Assembly (NCBI GenBank): GCA_900755035.1
Contig: CAAEEZ010000016.1
Coordinates: 89,058-153,057 of the forward strand
Source of the DNA: Clostridia bacterium
Lineage (GTDB): Bacteria > Bacillota > Clostridia > Christensenellales > CAAEEZ01
Direction: 5' to 3'
Length of the DNA stretch: 64,000 nucleotides
The position numbers and the translations under genes were made by a program. Positions within the stretch are counted from its first letter, which is position 1. The number at the start of each line of letters is the position of its first letter. The notes below the pieces were generated by a model, which saw only the letters and a list, made by a program, of their open reading frames with translations, did not search any database and was not told where the DNA came from. Below, in pieces: positions 1 through 8,935 of the stretch.

Positions 1-9
1 ATACGATTT

Positions 10-47
10 ACGATAAAATAAAAAACGCCACTGTTTAGTAGCGTTTT
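10..47 (-). terminator. Rho-independent terminator downstream of the lipoprotein gene (copy 1 of an identical 38-bp repeat)
   Basis: Minus strand reads AAAACGCTACT-AAAC-AGTGGCGTTTT followed by TTATTTT. This is an 8-bp stem with one G-U pair plus a T-run, 13 nt past the stop at 60-62. Confidence 0.6.
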
Positions 48-59
48 TGCTTGTTTTAT

Positions 60-665
60 TTATATTACGAATATATCAACCCACGGCGTTCCGTCTATCA
101 AAATCACTTGATACTCACCTTCCGCCACTTTCGTTCCGTCGGTTTTAGACCTATCTTCGTACGTTATCGTGTACACTTTTACGTTACCACGCATTCCTAC
201 AACTGCCCCTTTTTCATAATCAGCAGGTCTAAACGTATATCCCGAATTTGATTTTTTACTCCACTCGTTATATGTATTCAAACCTGTTAAATTGCCGTGT
301 GTTAACTCATTTGCTATTGCCGATTTGTTTTCTACGCCTATCAATTTGTACACTTGCTCTACGCCTTTTCTATTTATAGTACTGCCATCCTGAAATAATA
401 TATCGTTTGCAGTTAGTCCACAGTCTACCGTTGCCGTAAAGGTTTCGAATGCGTCGCCGTTTATTCTTGGCATATACGAATGTAGTGGAAATTTTTCTAT
501 TTTTTCGGGCTCGCTATTTTTCAGTTTTATCACTCTGTACACGCCGTCTATCTCGTAATAATTTTCATTACTACTTGGCTGATAGCCCGTATTCGTGCAG
601 CCCGTTAAACATACCAAGCCTATTGCCGTTAGCGTTAGCATAATTGCCGTAATTTTTTTCTTCAT
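60..665 (-). CDS. Hypothetical lipoprotein
   Basis: ORF 60-671. The ATG at 665 is preceded by AAGGAGG (the track start is a GTG 2 codons upstream). N-terminus MKKKITAIMLTLTAIGLVCLTGC is a signal peptide plus lipobox Cys. I recognise no family. Confidence 0.75.
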   Translation of the reverse strand: MKKKITAIMLTLTAIGLVCLTGCTNTGYQPSSNENYYEIDGVYRVIKLKNSEPEKIEKFPLHSYMPRINGDAFETFTATVDCGLTANDILFQDGSTINRKGVEQVYKLIGVENKSAIANELTHGNLTGLNTYNEWSKKSNSGYTFRPADYEKGAVVGMRGNVKVYTITYEDRSKTDGTKVAEGEYQVILIDGTPWVDIFVI

Positions 666-843
666 ACACACCTCCTTATGCTATAAATCTTCTATCGTTA
701 ATTTTTTATTTCTACTTTCACTATACCACTCTTTATTCTTTTGTCAATAACGTATTTTTTAATATTTATTTTTATTTCAAAACCGACGTCGTTTATTTTT
801 GAATTTGCTTTATATAGAAAAATATTATATATTTATAAATATA

Positions 844-881
844 ACGATAAAATAAAAAACGCCACTGTTTAGTAGCGTTTT
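844..881 (-). terminator. Rho-independent terminator downstream of the OadG-like gene (copy 2 of the 38-bp repeat)
   Basis: Identical 38 bp to 10-47 (ACGATAAAATAAAAAACGCCACTGTTTAGTAGCGTTTT). Lies 16 nt past the stop of ORF 897-1100. Confidence 0.6.
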
Positions 882-896
882 CGTATATTTTATTTT

Positions 897-1100
897 TTAT
901 TCGGGCTGATTATTATTTTCTTCTAGGGCTTTTGCCTCGGCTTTTTTCTTTTTGTTTTCTGCTCTCTTTTTATCCACGAACTTGAATACGTACATTATTA
1001 TTACAAGCACTGCTACGACTATTATCATAGCAAGCATACCTTTCCACAAAATATTTGCTGCTTGTTCTACTGCGCTTGCCATTAAAAAGTAGTTAAACAT
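897..1100 (-). CDS. Small single-TM subunit, OadG-like (gamma subunit of Na+-translocating decarboxylase)
   Basis: 67 aa with one hydrophobic helix followed by a Lys/Glu-rich tail. It sits immediately downstream of the beta subunit gene, and TAGGAGG lies 5 nt before the ATG. Confidence 0.6.
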   Translation of the reverse strand: MFNYFLMASAVEQAANILWKGMLAMIIVVAVLVIIMYVFKFVDKKRAENKKKKAEAKALEENNNQPE

Positions 1101-1109
1101 ATCCGCCTC

Positions 1110-2222
1110 CTATAACATTAGGCTAAGTATAATGCCACCAGCGATTGCCGACGCTACTTGCCCAGACACGTTACAGCCGATAGAGAACATAAGTAAGTGG
1201 TTCGTCCTATCTGCCTCCAAACCAAGTTTTTGCACTACCCTTGCCGACATAGGAAACGCCGATATACCGGCTGCGCCTATCATAGGGTTGATTTTGGTTT
1301 TTGCAAAAATATTGTATACTTTACCAGCAATTACGCCAACTGCCGTATCCAAAATGAAAGCCATTAGACCTAACGCCATAATCATAAGCGTTTGCGTTTG
1401 CAAGAAGTTTTCGCCTTTCATTTGAGATGCAATACTAATACCAAGTAACAAGGTAATTAGGTTGCTAAGTACTTTTGACGCCGTTTCGGATAGGTTATCC
1501 AAAACTCCGCACTCCCTAATCAAGTTACCGAACATTAGACAGCCTACTAGCGACACACTCATAGGGGCAAACAAACCTGCAATAAGCGTGATAAATATCG
1601 GGAACAAAATCCTAGTGGTTTTCGATACGTTTGCACTATTGTATTGCATACGAATTTGCCTTTCCTTTTTGGTGGTTAGGCACTTAATAACGGCTGGCTG
1701 TATTATAGGCACTAACGCCATATACGAGTACGCCACTACCATAATTGGCGCAAAATACTTACTGCCTAGTACGTTTGCTACGTAAATAGACGTAGGGCCG
1801 TCGGCTGCGCCGATTATACCTATTGCGCATGCGTCCTTTATATCAAAGCCCATAGCTGCCGCAATCAAAATAGTAAGGAAAATACCACTTTGAGCAAACA
1901 CGCCGAACATAAATAGTTTTGGATTTTCTAGTAGCGGTCCAAAATCTATCATTGCGCCTATACCTATAAATAGGATAAGGGGCATTGCCTCAGAAATTTC
2001 GATACCGATATTAAACAACCAGTCTAATATACCTATCGTTTCGCCTTGGTTTACTGCCGAACTAAACGGGATATTTACAAGAATTGCACCAAATCCTATA
2101 GGAAGAAGTAAAGCAGGCTCTAATTTTTTGACGATAGCAAGTAGGATAAGCACACCGCCTATCACCCACATTACTACGTGTTGCCACGTAATAGCGGCAA
2201 AGCCGTTAATCAAAAACTCCAT
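1110..2222 (-). CDS. Na+-translocating decarboxylase beta subunit (OadB/GcdB/MmdB family)
   Basis: 370 aa polytopic membrane protein. The N-terminus MEFLINGFAAITWQHVVMWVIGGVLILLAIVKKLEPALLLPIGFGAILVNIP and overall length are typical of the family. GGAGGG lies before the ATG. Confidence 0.85.
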   Translation of the reverse strand: MEFLINGFAAITWQHVVMWVIGGVLILLAIVKKLEPALLLPIGFGAILVNIPFSSAVNQGETIGILDWLFNIGIEISEAMPLILFIGIGAMIDFGPLLENPKLFMFGVFAQSGIFLTILIAAAMGFDIKDACAIGIIGAADGPTSIYVANVLGSKYFAPIMVVAYSYMALVPIIQPAVIKCLTTKKERQIRMQYNSANVSKTTRILFPIFITLIAGLFAPMSVSLVGCLMFGNLIRECGVLDNLSETASKVLSNLITLLLGISIASQMKGENFLQTQTLMIMALGLMAFILDTAVGVIAGKVYNIFAKTKINPMIGAAGISAFPMSARVVQKLGLEADRTNHLLMFSIGCNVSGQVASAIAGGIILSLML

Positions 2223-2240
2223 AAACCCTCCAAATAAGTA

Positions 2241-2270
2241 TAAAAAAAGACTGCACTTAATACAGTCTTG
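2241..2270 (-). terminator. Intrinsic terminator inside the 5' leader of the decarboxylase beta gene (candidate attenuator or riboswitch expression platform)
   Basis: Minus strand reads AAGACTG-TATTAAGTG-CAGTCTT followed by TTTTTTT. It ends about 20 nt before the SD/ATG of ORF 1110-2222 and about 185 nt after the ktrA stop. Confidence 0.5.
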
Positions 2271-2456
2271 TCATTTGAAACTAAACCGAAGGCAACGCCT
2301 CGTGATGACGGCTTAATTACGCTTTTAGCGTCGACTACTCCCTATATCGTCTTTTTTATATAACATAATAAAATTAGCATTTTTACACTAAAAAGTCAAC
2401 CTTGAAACAAACAAAATTTCCTTTTCGCCGTTAATTTCTTGGCTTAAAAATCTACG

Positions 2457-3140
2457 TTACGTTAGGTCGCCTATCTTTTTGGTAAACTTGGATATTAGTC
2501 CTAGTTCGCCACCGACAATAACGTAATCGCCGTTTTTAATAATCGTACTACCAGCAGGGTTAATTATTACGTCGTTCTCCCTTTTTACTATCAGTACGCT
2601 TACGCCGTATTTTTTACGTATATCTAGTTCTAGTAGGCTCTTTCCGCCCCAATCCGGTGGAAGTGCTATCTCGGCAAGCACGTAGCCTTGCGTTAGTTCC
2701 ATTACGTCGGATAGCCTTGGGCTAGTTAGCATAGTTGCTACTTTATGTCCTATTTCAGCCTCAGGAACAAGCACTTGGTCTGCGCCTATTTTCTCTAATA
2801 CCTTTTTGTGTTTGTCGTTTTTTGCCTTGCACACCACGAACAAACCTGCTTGTTTGCAAAGCATAGTGGTAAGGATACTTACTTCTAGGTTGTTAGAAGT
2901 ACAAATAATTGCCACTTCAAAGTTTCTTAGTCCTATCTTTTCTAGCACGCCTTCCTCGCTTGCATCGGCGATTATTGCGTGTGTGGAATAGTTTACCACT
3001 TCATTTATTTTTTCTTCGTCAATATCTATAGCAAGCACGTCCTTGCCTAGTTCGTACAAAGTTCTAGTAACTTCCATACCAAATCTACCCAGACCGACTA
3101 CTAAAAATTGCGAATAACTTTTTTCAAATATCTTAAACAT
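2457..3140 (-). CDS. ktrA: K+ uptake system, cytoplasmic RCK/NAD-binding subunit (KtrA/TrkA-N+C type)
   Basis: 227 aa. Rossmann motif VVGLGRFG, single RCK_N plus RCK_C length, directly downstream of ktrB. Confidence 0.9.
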   Translation of the reverse strand: MFKIFEKSYSQFLVVGLGRFGMEVTRTLYELGKDVLAIDIDEEKINEVVNYSTHAIIADASEEGVLEKIGLRNFEVAIICTSNNLEVSILTTMLCKQAGLFVVCKAKNDKHKKVLEKIGADQVLVPEAEIGHKVATMLTSPRLSDVMELTQGYVLAEIALPPDWGGKSLLELDIRKKYGVSVLIVKRENDVIINPAGSTIIKNGDYVIVGGELGLISKFTKKIGDLT

Positions 3141-3150
3141 ATTTTCTCCT

Positions 3151-4548
3151 TTATCCTACCATAATATCAGAATTTGGATATTTTATATTTACTTGCGTTT
3201 TATTTACCTTTTTAACAAGGGCAAAGCCCATCGTAATAGGACCCGTTCTACCTATTAGCATAACTAGGCATAGCATTAGTTTGCTTACCACCGATAACGT
3301 AGGCGTAATGCCCATAGACAGCCCGACGGTTGCAAAAGCACTGATACTTTCGAATAAAATTTCTTCAAAACCTGCGTACTTATTGCCGTTTACGCCCTCT
3401 GCAATAGATATAATCATTACCGAGCCTACGATTACCAAAACTGCCGTGATAATAATAGACACAGCCTTTTTTAATTGAGCCGCCGTAATTTGCTTTTTGT
3501 TTAGCACAAGTTCCTTTTCTCCCCGCAAATTCGACCATAGGTACGCTATCATTATCAAAAACGTAGTCGTTTTAATACCACCGCCCGTAGACGCAGGCGA
3601 CGCACCTATAAACATTAGCGCCATAGTTAGCGTTGCACCCGATACCGTTAAATTGGCTTGGTTTAACACCTGAAAGCCTGCCGTTCGTGGCGTAATTGCT
3701 TGGAACAAGGAGTTTAGAAGTTTGTTACCAAAACTCATATTGCCTATCGTTTTTGGGTTGTTGTACTCAAAGCCCAAAAACATCGCCGTGCCTAGTACGA
3801 TAAGGATAGTCGTCATTAAAAGCACCGCCTTAGAGTGTGCCCTAAGTCTGTTGCTCTTTTTTCTGCTGATAATATCGGTGATTACTGCAAATCCTAACCC
3901 GCCCATTATAATAAGCACACCCAAAGTAAGTAGTACTAGCGGATTGTTCTGGTAATGCGCTAGGCTAGAAAACGCCCCGTAGTTTGCTCCCAAAACGTCG
4001 AATCCTGCGTTGCAAAACGCCGAAACGCTCATAAAAATCGCCTTGAATATTCCTTCGCCAACGCCGAAATCCTTTGCAAATTGGAAAGATAAAATAAACG
4101 CCCCCATCGCCTCGAACGCCAAAGTGTAAATTACTATCTTTTGCGCTAACCTTACCACGCCTTTTAGGTTGTCCTCGGACACGGACTCTTGCATATAAAT
4201 ACGGCTTTGCAAATTTATCTTTTTGCCAAATACGATAAACATCACCGTTGCAAGCGTCATAAAACCTAGCCCGCCTATTTGAATAAGTAGTAGTATTACG
4301 ATTTGCCCAAACAATGTAAATTCTATTGCCGTATCTACTACGACTAGCCCCGTAACACATACGCAACTAGTGGCGGTAAACAACGAATCGGTAAAACCGA
4401 ACCACTCGCCGTCGTTGTGGCTGATAGGTAAACTAAGCAAAAATGCGCCTATCAAAATCACTGCAAGAAAACCTAACGTAGTTGCTCTTGCAGGCGTAAA
4501 AATGCTTTTTTTATTCAGTTTTCCCGCATTTCGCTGACTATCTATCAT
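3151..4548 (-). CDS. ktrB: K+ uptake system membrane subunit (KtrB/TrkH family)
   Basis: 465 aa polytopic protein with repeated pore-loop GLG/GGG motifs (IQIGGLGF, SPASTGGGIKTTT). Its start overlaps the ung stop by 11 nt. Confidence 0.9.
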   Translation of the reverse strand: MIDSQRNAGKLNKKSIFTPARATTLGFLAVILIGAFLLSLPISHNDGEWFGFTDSLFTATSCVCVTGLVVVDTAIEFTLFGQIVILLLIQIGGLGFMTLATVMFIVFGKKINLQSRIYMQESVSEDNLKGVVRLAQKIVIYTLAFEAMGAFILSFQFAKDFGVGEGIFKAIFMSVSAFCNAGFDVLGANYGAFSSLAHYQNNPLVLLTLGVLIIMGGLGFAVITDIISRKKSNRLRAHSKAVLLMTTILIVLGTAMFLGFEYNNPKTIGNMSFGNKLLNSLFQAITPRTAGFQVLNQANLTVSGATLTMALMFIGASPASTGGGIKTTTFLIMIAYLWSNLRGEKELVLNKKQITAAQLKKAVSIIITAVLVIVGSVMIISIAEGVNGNKYAGFEEILFESISAFATVGLSMGITPTLSVVSKLMLCLVMLIGRTGPITMGFALVKKVNKTQVNIKYPNSDIMVG

Positions 4549-5215
4549 TATCCCTCGTCCAACGAATTTCCTCTTTATTTTGGCTTTTCAAAATCTCGTT
4601 GGTTTTTATAAAATGTCCGCACCCAAAAAATCCACGATACGCAGATAACGGAGACGGATGCGCCGACGTTAGCGTGATATTGTCTTGTAAAAGTGCTTGC
4701 TTTTTAATAGCGTCCGCTCCCCACAACAAAAATATTACGCTTTTATCCTTTGCTATTTCCTCTATTATTCTATCGGTAAAAATTTCCCAGCCGTAGTTTT
4801 TGTGGGAATTTGCCTCGCCTTCTCTTACCGTTAGCGTTGCGTTTAATAGCAGTACACCCTGCTTTGCCAAATATTCAAGGTCGCCTACGGTATCTACCGT
4901 AGTTTCGTACTCGTCGGCAATTTCCTTGTATATATTTCTTAGGCTAGGCGGAAGTTTTACACCCTCTTTTACGCTAAACGCAAGCCCCGTTGCCTGCCCC
5001 TTTTCGTGATAAGGGTCTTGCCCTAGTATTACTACCTTTACCTTATCTTTTGGGGTGAGTTCTAACGCTCTCAATATGTTTTCGTAGGGTGGGAATACCG
5101 TTTTTTGTGAGTATTCCTCGTTTACCCTTTTTGCCAATTTTTCAAAGTACGGCTGACTCATTTCATTTTGTAAAAAATCTTCCCAGCCCGTACATTTTTT
5201 AATAAGCTCTTGCAA
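4538..5215 (-). CDS. ung: Uracil-DNA glycosylase (family 1)
   Basis: Catalytic motif VVILGQDPYH, GLAFSV and a C-terminal HPSPLS motif. TTG start at 5215 with GGTGA 7 nt upstream. Overlaps the proS stop by 17 nt. Confidence 0.93.
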   Translation of the reverse strand: MQELIKKCTGWEDFLQNEMSQPYFEKLAKRVNEEYSQKTVFPPYENILRALELTPKDKVKVVILGQDPYHEKGQATGLAFSVKEGVKLPPSLRNIYKEIADEYETTVDTVGDLEYLAKQGVLLLNATLTVREGEANSHKNYGWEIFTDRIIEEIAKDKSVIFLLWGADAIKKQALLQDNITLTSAHPSPLSAYRGFFGCGHFIKTNEILKSQNKEEIRWTRDNDR

Positions 5216-6641
5216 ATATCATCACCTTTTCTGCTTTTTTGCCACAAATTGGACATACGTCGCCAACAGGCGTTTGGTCAAACGGCATTACCCTTGAACT
5301 TGCGTTGGTCATTTCCTTTATCTTGTCTTCGCACGCTCTATCACCACACCACATCATTTTTGCAAAGTTGCCCGTCTCGACAGCATCTTTCAGCTCGTCC
5401 AAACTGTGAACTACTTTGATGTGGCTATGTAAAAAGTCGCTTGCTTTTTGGTAGATATTGTCGTGAATTTGGTCAAGTAAACTGCTGATAGTTTCGCCTA
5501 AACCGTCCATACTTGCCGTTATTTTCTCGTTTGTATCACGCCTTGCAAGTACTACTTGATTATTCTCTATATCTCTTGGTCCAACTTCTAATCTAATAGG
5601 AACGCCTTTCATTTCCCACTCGTTGAACTTCCAGCCGGTAGATGCGTCAGTTAGGTCGGTTTTTACCCTTATTCCTGCCGATTTCAACTCTTTTTCTAGT
5701 TCCTTAGCCTTGTCTATTACGCCGTCCTTATGCATAGCGATAGGCACTATAATTACTTGGATAGGAGCAACTCTTGGCGGAAGCACTAGTCCCCTTTGGT
5801 CGCCGTGAGCCATAATAAGCGCACCGATTAGCCTTGTTGTCGTGCCCCAACTTGTTTGGTAAGGCAATTTATGAGTACCGTCTTTATCCAAGAATTTAAT
5901 ATTGAACGCTTCGGCAAAGTTTTGTCCAAGGTCGTGCGACGTACCTGCTTGCAAACTTTTGCCATCTAGCATCATTGCTTCCATTGCGTAGGTTGCGTAT
6001 GCGCCTGCAAACTTCTCCTTTTCGCTCTTTCTGCCCGTAAGTACAGGCATTGCTAGTACGTTTTTCATAAATTCCTCGTATACGCCCAGCATTTTAAGAG
6101 CCTCTTCTTCTGCTTCTTCTTTTGTTGCGTGCACGGTATGACCTTCTTGCCACAAAAATTCCGACGTTCTTAAAAACGGTCTAGTCGTTTTTTCACAACG
6201 CATTACGTTTGCCCATTGATTTATTAAAAGAGGCAAATCTCTATAACTTTTTATCCACTTAGAGTACATTTCACAAATAATGGTCTCGGAAGTAGGTCTT
6301 ACTACTAATTTTTCCGAAAGTTCCTCTTCGCCAAAATGAGTGATTAAAGCAACTTCTGGCGCAAATCCTTCCACGTGCTCCTTTTCCCTAGTTAGAAAAC
6401 TGTACGGAATCAGCATAGGAAAATAAGCGTTTTCGTGTCCGGTCGCCTTTATCCTTTTGTCCATTTCCTCTTGTATCTTTTCCCAAATAGCGTAACCATA
6501 CGGGCGTATAACCATAGTGCCCTTTACTGGTCCGTAATCCACTAGCCCGGTCTTTATTACAACGTCGGTGTACCAACCTGGGAAATCCTTGTTAATGTCC
6601 GCTATTTCGCTTACGAATTGATTTTGATTTTTCTTAGCCAT
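5199..6641 (-). CDS. proS: Prolyl-tRNA synthetase (short, archaeal/eukaryote-like type with C-terminal Zn domain)
   Basis: 480 aa class II aaRS. N-terminus ...FPGWYTDVVIKTGLVDYGPVKGTMVIRPYGYAIWE and C-terminal CGDRACE...CPICGK are typical of this ProRS type. Confidence 0.93.
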   Translation of the reverse strand: MAKKNQNQFVSEIADINKDFPGWYTDVVIKTGLVDYGPVKGTMVIRPYGYAIWEKIQEEMDKRIKATGHENAYFPMLIPYSFLTREKEHVEGFAPEVALITHFGEEELSEKLVVRPTSETIICEMYSKWIKSYRDLPLLINQWANVMRCEKTTRPFLRTSEFLWQEGHTVHATKEEAEEEALKMLGVYEEFMKNVLAMPVLTGRKSEKEKFAGAYATYAMEAMMLDGKSLQAGTSHDLGQNFAEAFNIKFLDKDGTHKLPYQTSWGTTTRLIGALIMAHGDQRGLVLPPRVAPIQVIIVPIAMHKDGVIDKAKELEKELKSAGIRVKTDLTDASTGWKFNEWEMKGVPIRLEVGPRDIENNQVVLARRDTNEKITASMDGLGETISSLLDQIHDNIYQKASDFLHSHIKVVHSLDELKDAVETGNFAKMMWCGDRACEDKIKEMTNASSRVMPFDQTPVGDVCPICGKKAEKVMIFARAY

Positions 6642-7080
6642 ATAAAACCTCTATTTTTTTACTACGTATATTATATTACATCAAAAATATTATTGCAATT
6701 ATTTTGACTATTATATATTTATACTATATGTGTCTTGTTTACTTATCGTATCCTATATATTTTATCATTTATACAACTACTATCACTACAATGCTTATCA
6801 ATTTTAATATAACAAAATCTTACGAAAAATATAATTATAATAACTCCCGTTTTATATTATTTGTATTATTATCATCTTTAACCTATGCTATTACGCAATA
6901 CGCTTGGCTTCGTTTTCAAAATCATATATCTTTTACTTTTTTATATTGCTTTATCACTTACGCTTTATATTATTAAAAAATAAAACACACTAAACCCCTA
7001 ATAAATACTAGCATTTTTTATAATATCGGTACGTTTAATGGTATTAAATTAACCTACCCGTTATTTCCGTATCGTTTTAA

Positions 7081-7113
7081 TAAAAAACACGATACACAAA
7101 TTAGTGTACCGTG
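7081..7113 (-). terminator. Rho-independent terminator ending the glycan-utilisation operon
   Basis: Minus strand reads CACGGTACAC-TAATTT-GTGTATCGTG followed by TTTTTTA, 22 nt past the stop of ORF 7135-8070. Confidence 0.6.
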
Positions 7114-7134
7114 CTAGAAAGAGTGAGAAGTTGT

Positions 7135-8070
7135 TTATTCTACGTCAATAAAATTAGCAATTAATTCGTACGCAAATAATCTTCCTAATTCTATCATAGA
7201 CGATGAATCGTAGTGATAAATATCTGGCATTCCTGCCGGTTCGCCATTGTATTTTAGTCCATGCGCAATCGTATCGATAAAAATATGGCTTTGATTTTCT
7301 TGTGATAGTTTTTTCTTTGCTTCGTTAATCACTTTTTGCTGTGTCCAAGCAGGACAATCAGATATTCCGCCATCTACAAAACCAATTTCGCTATTAGCCG
7401 GTTTGTAATATGCCAAGTCTTTTCTTAAATCATTAACAAAATTTCTTTCTAATTTCTCATAAGAATTAAAGTTATTCCCACTTGAATCGTCCTCTCCTTG
7501 CATCCAGCATATCGCTTTTATTTCTGGATACAAATCCATTTGTTCTAATTTCTTACATTGTTCTAATACGTAATTTACTGCGTTCGTATACAATGAGCCC
7601 GTATTTTTGCTAGAAGGCGAACGCCATTGCGTAGTAAGCGAAGTTCCACCATACGCATATTTTATAACGTATACTTTCTTTTTGGAGTCTATTTTTGATA
7701 ATTGCTCTGCAATACCTATCTCTGGTCCAAATTGATTAACGGAGTGCCCTTGCCCTAATTTTATAGGTGTGAATTCTCCGTTGCTTGTATTATCGGCAAT
7801 TGTGCACGCATAACTTATATTTACGTTGTCATAGCCGTTTATATACTCTTTGGTTTTTTCCTCCCCCATCGTTTTAGACAAATATTTGCTCCACGTATGA
7901 CCTTCGGCATTGCTTTGTCCTAACAATACTATTACTTGTACTTCGTTTGAATACTCTTTTTGTGTTTCGATATTTTCATTCATATTATTACATCCCGAGC
8001 AAATTGCAACTAGTGCCGTTACTATTGCACACAATAACGCAATTTTTATTTTTTTCTTATTCATATACAA
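7135..8070 (-). CDS. Secreted lipoprotein, SASA/DUF303-type SGNH carbohydrate acetylesterase
   Basis: Signal peptide plus lipobox (LVAICSGC). Catalytic block VIVLLGQSNAEGH, GGTSL and a C-terminal HYD motif are typical of sialate-O-acetylesterase-like esterases. Confidence 0.75.
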   Translation of the reverse strand: MYMNKKKIKIALLCAIVTALVAICSGCNNMNENIETQKEYSNEVQVIVLLGQSNAEGHTWSKYLSKTMGEEKTKEYINGYDNVNISYACTIADNTSNGEFTPIKLGQGHSVNQFGPEIGIAEQLSKIDSKKKVYVIKYAYGGTSLTTQWRSPSSKNTGSLYTNAVNYVLEQCKKLEQMDLYPEIKAICWMQGEDDSSGNNFNSYEKLERNFVNDLRKDLAYYKPANSEIGFVDGGISDCPAWTQQKVINEAKKKLSQENQSHIFIDTIAHGLKYNGEPAGMPDIYHYDSSSMIELGRLFAYELIANFIDVE

Positions 8071-8935
8071 TCAGCTCCCCGTCCTTTATTTGCAAATAAT
8101 ATATTGCTGCACGCTCCTTTCCACAAAGACTATTATTTTCATGTAGTGCAATACGATATCTACCGTTAAAATCCTTAAACACCATAGCGTGCCCACAATC
8201 GTTATGTGGCATTTTTAATAATTTATGTATATACTTACCATCTAAAATACCACAATTCTGTTGTGGATAAACTACCCCCACGGAATATCCGTCCTCTTCT
8301 ATGGTAGACCAACTAGACCAAAGCATAAACTTTACGTTGTCAATTTCAAATACGTACGGGGCATCTACTACGAATATTGGCTCGTCGCCTTCGTGCCACT
8401 TTGGACTTTTTGCCCACTTAGATTCGCTTGCCTTAAACAAAACTTTCGTATCTGAAACGGGTTTTGACAAATCCTTTTCCAACTCTACTACGCACATTTC
8501 ACCGTCTTTCGTTTGCAACCATTCGTGAGAAAATATTGAGTACGGAGTATCGTTTTCTACGTAAAGCGTTGCGTCTAACGCATACCAATCCTGTGGCGCT
8601 AAGGGCGTACTATATCCTTTGAACGGACCTAATAGATTATCTGCTACTAGTATTTGCGACGTCCTTATTTTTTCGTCAGAACTAAACGTACCGAATAAAT
8701 AAAATTTATCGTTATATTTGTGCACCTCTGGCGCCCAAAAATCCTTTGTAGCCCAAAACTCGTCGTTTGCTTCAAATACCGTTTGAGGCAAACTCCATTC
8801 CTCTAAGTCCGTTGACGTATATACGCAAAAACCTTTAACTAAATTAGAAGGACTAGAAGAATACATATAATATTTTTTGCTTTTCTCGTCTGCATAAATA
8901 AACGGGTCTCTTACGTTAATCTCACGTAGCTTCAT
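8057..8935 (-). CDS. Cytoplasmic glycoside hydrolase family 43 (arabinofuranosidase/xylosidase-like)
   Basis: 292 aa with no signal peptide. N-terminal VRDPFIY plus WAPEVHKYNDKFYLF are five-bladed propeller GH43 signatures. The start overlaps the GH36 stop (ATGA). Confidence 0.8.
   Translation of the reverse strand: MKLREINVRDPFIYADEKSKKYYMYSSSPSNLVKGFCVYTSTDLEEWSLPQTVFEANDEFWATKDFWAPEVHKYNDKFYLFGTFSSDEKIRTSQILVADNLLGPFKGYSTPLAPQDWYALDATLYVENDTPYSIFSHEWLQTKDGEMCVVELEKDLSKPVSDTKVLFKASESKWAKSPKWHEGDEPIFVVDAPYVFEIDNVKFMLWSSWSTIEEDGYSVGVVYPQQNCGILDGKYIHKLLKMPHNDCGHAMVFKDFNGRYRIALHENNSLCGKERAAIYYLQIKDGELIVYE

Noticed and set aside
3965-4366. Antisense or alternative-frame ORFs nested in well-supported genes (for example 3965-4366, 23203-23682, 42903-43367, 56322-56831, 57947-58429, 58963-59361)
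   Set aside because: They lie wholly inside genes with clear family signatures, have biased low-complexity translations and lack RBS motifs.
6704-6976. 90-aa plus-strand ORF in the proS upstream spacer
   Set aside because: The translation is Y/I/T/F-rich low complexity in an AT-rich spacer, with no RBS. It is considered non-coding.
6642-7134. Possible T-box leader upstream of proS (and of argS at 31050-31100)
   Set aside because: No T-box consensus (the complement of GGTGGTACCGCG) or specifier-loop architecture is seen. The argS spacer is only 51 bp.
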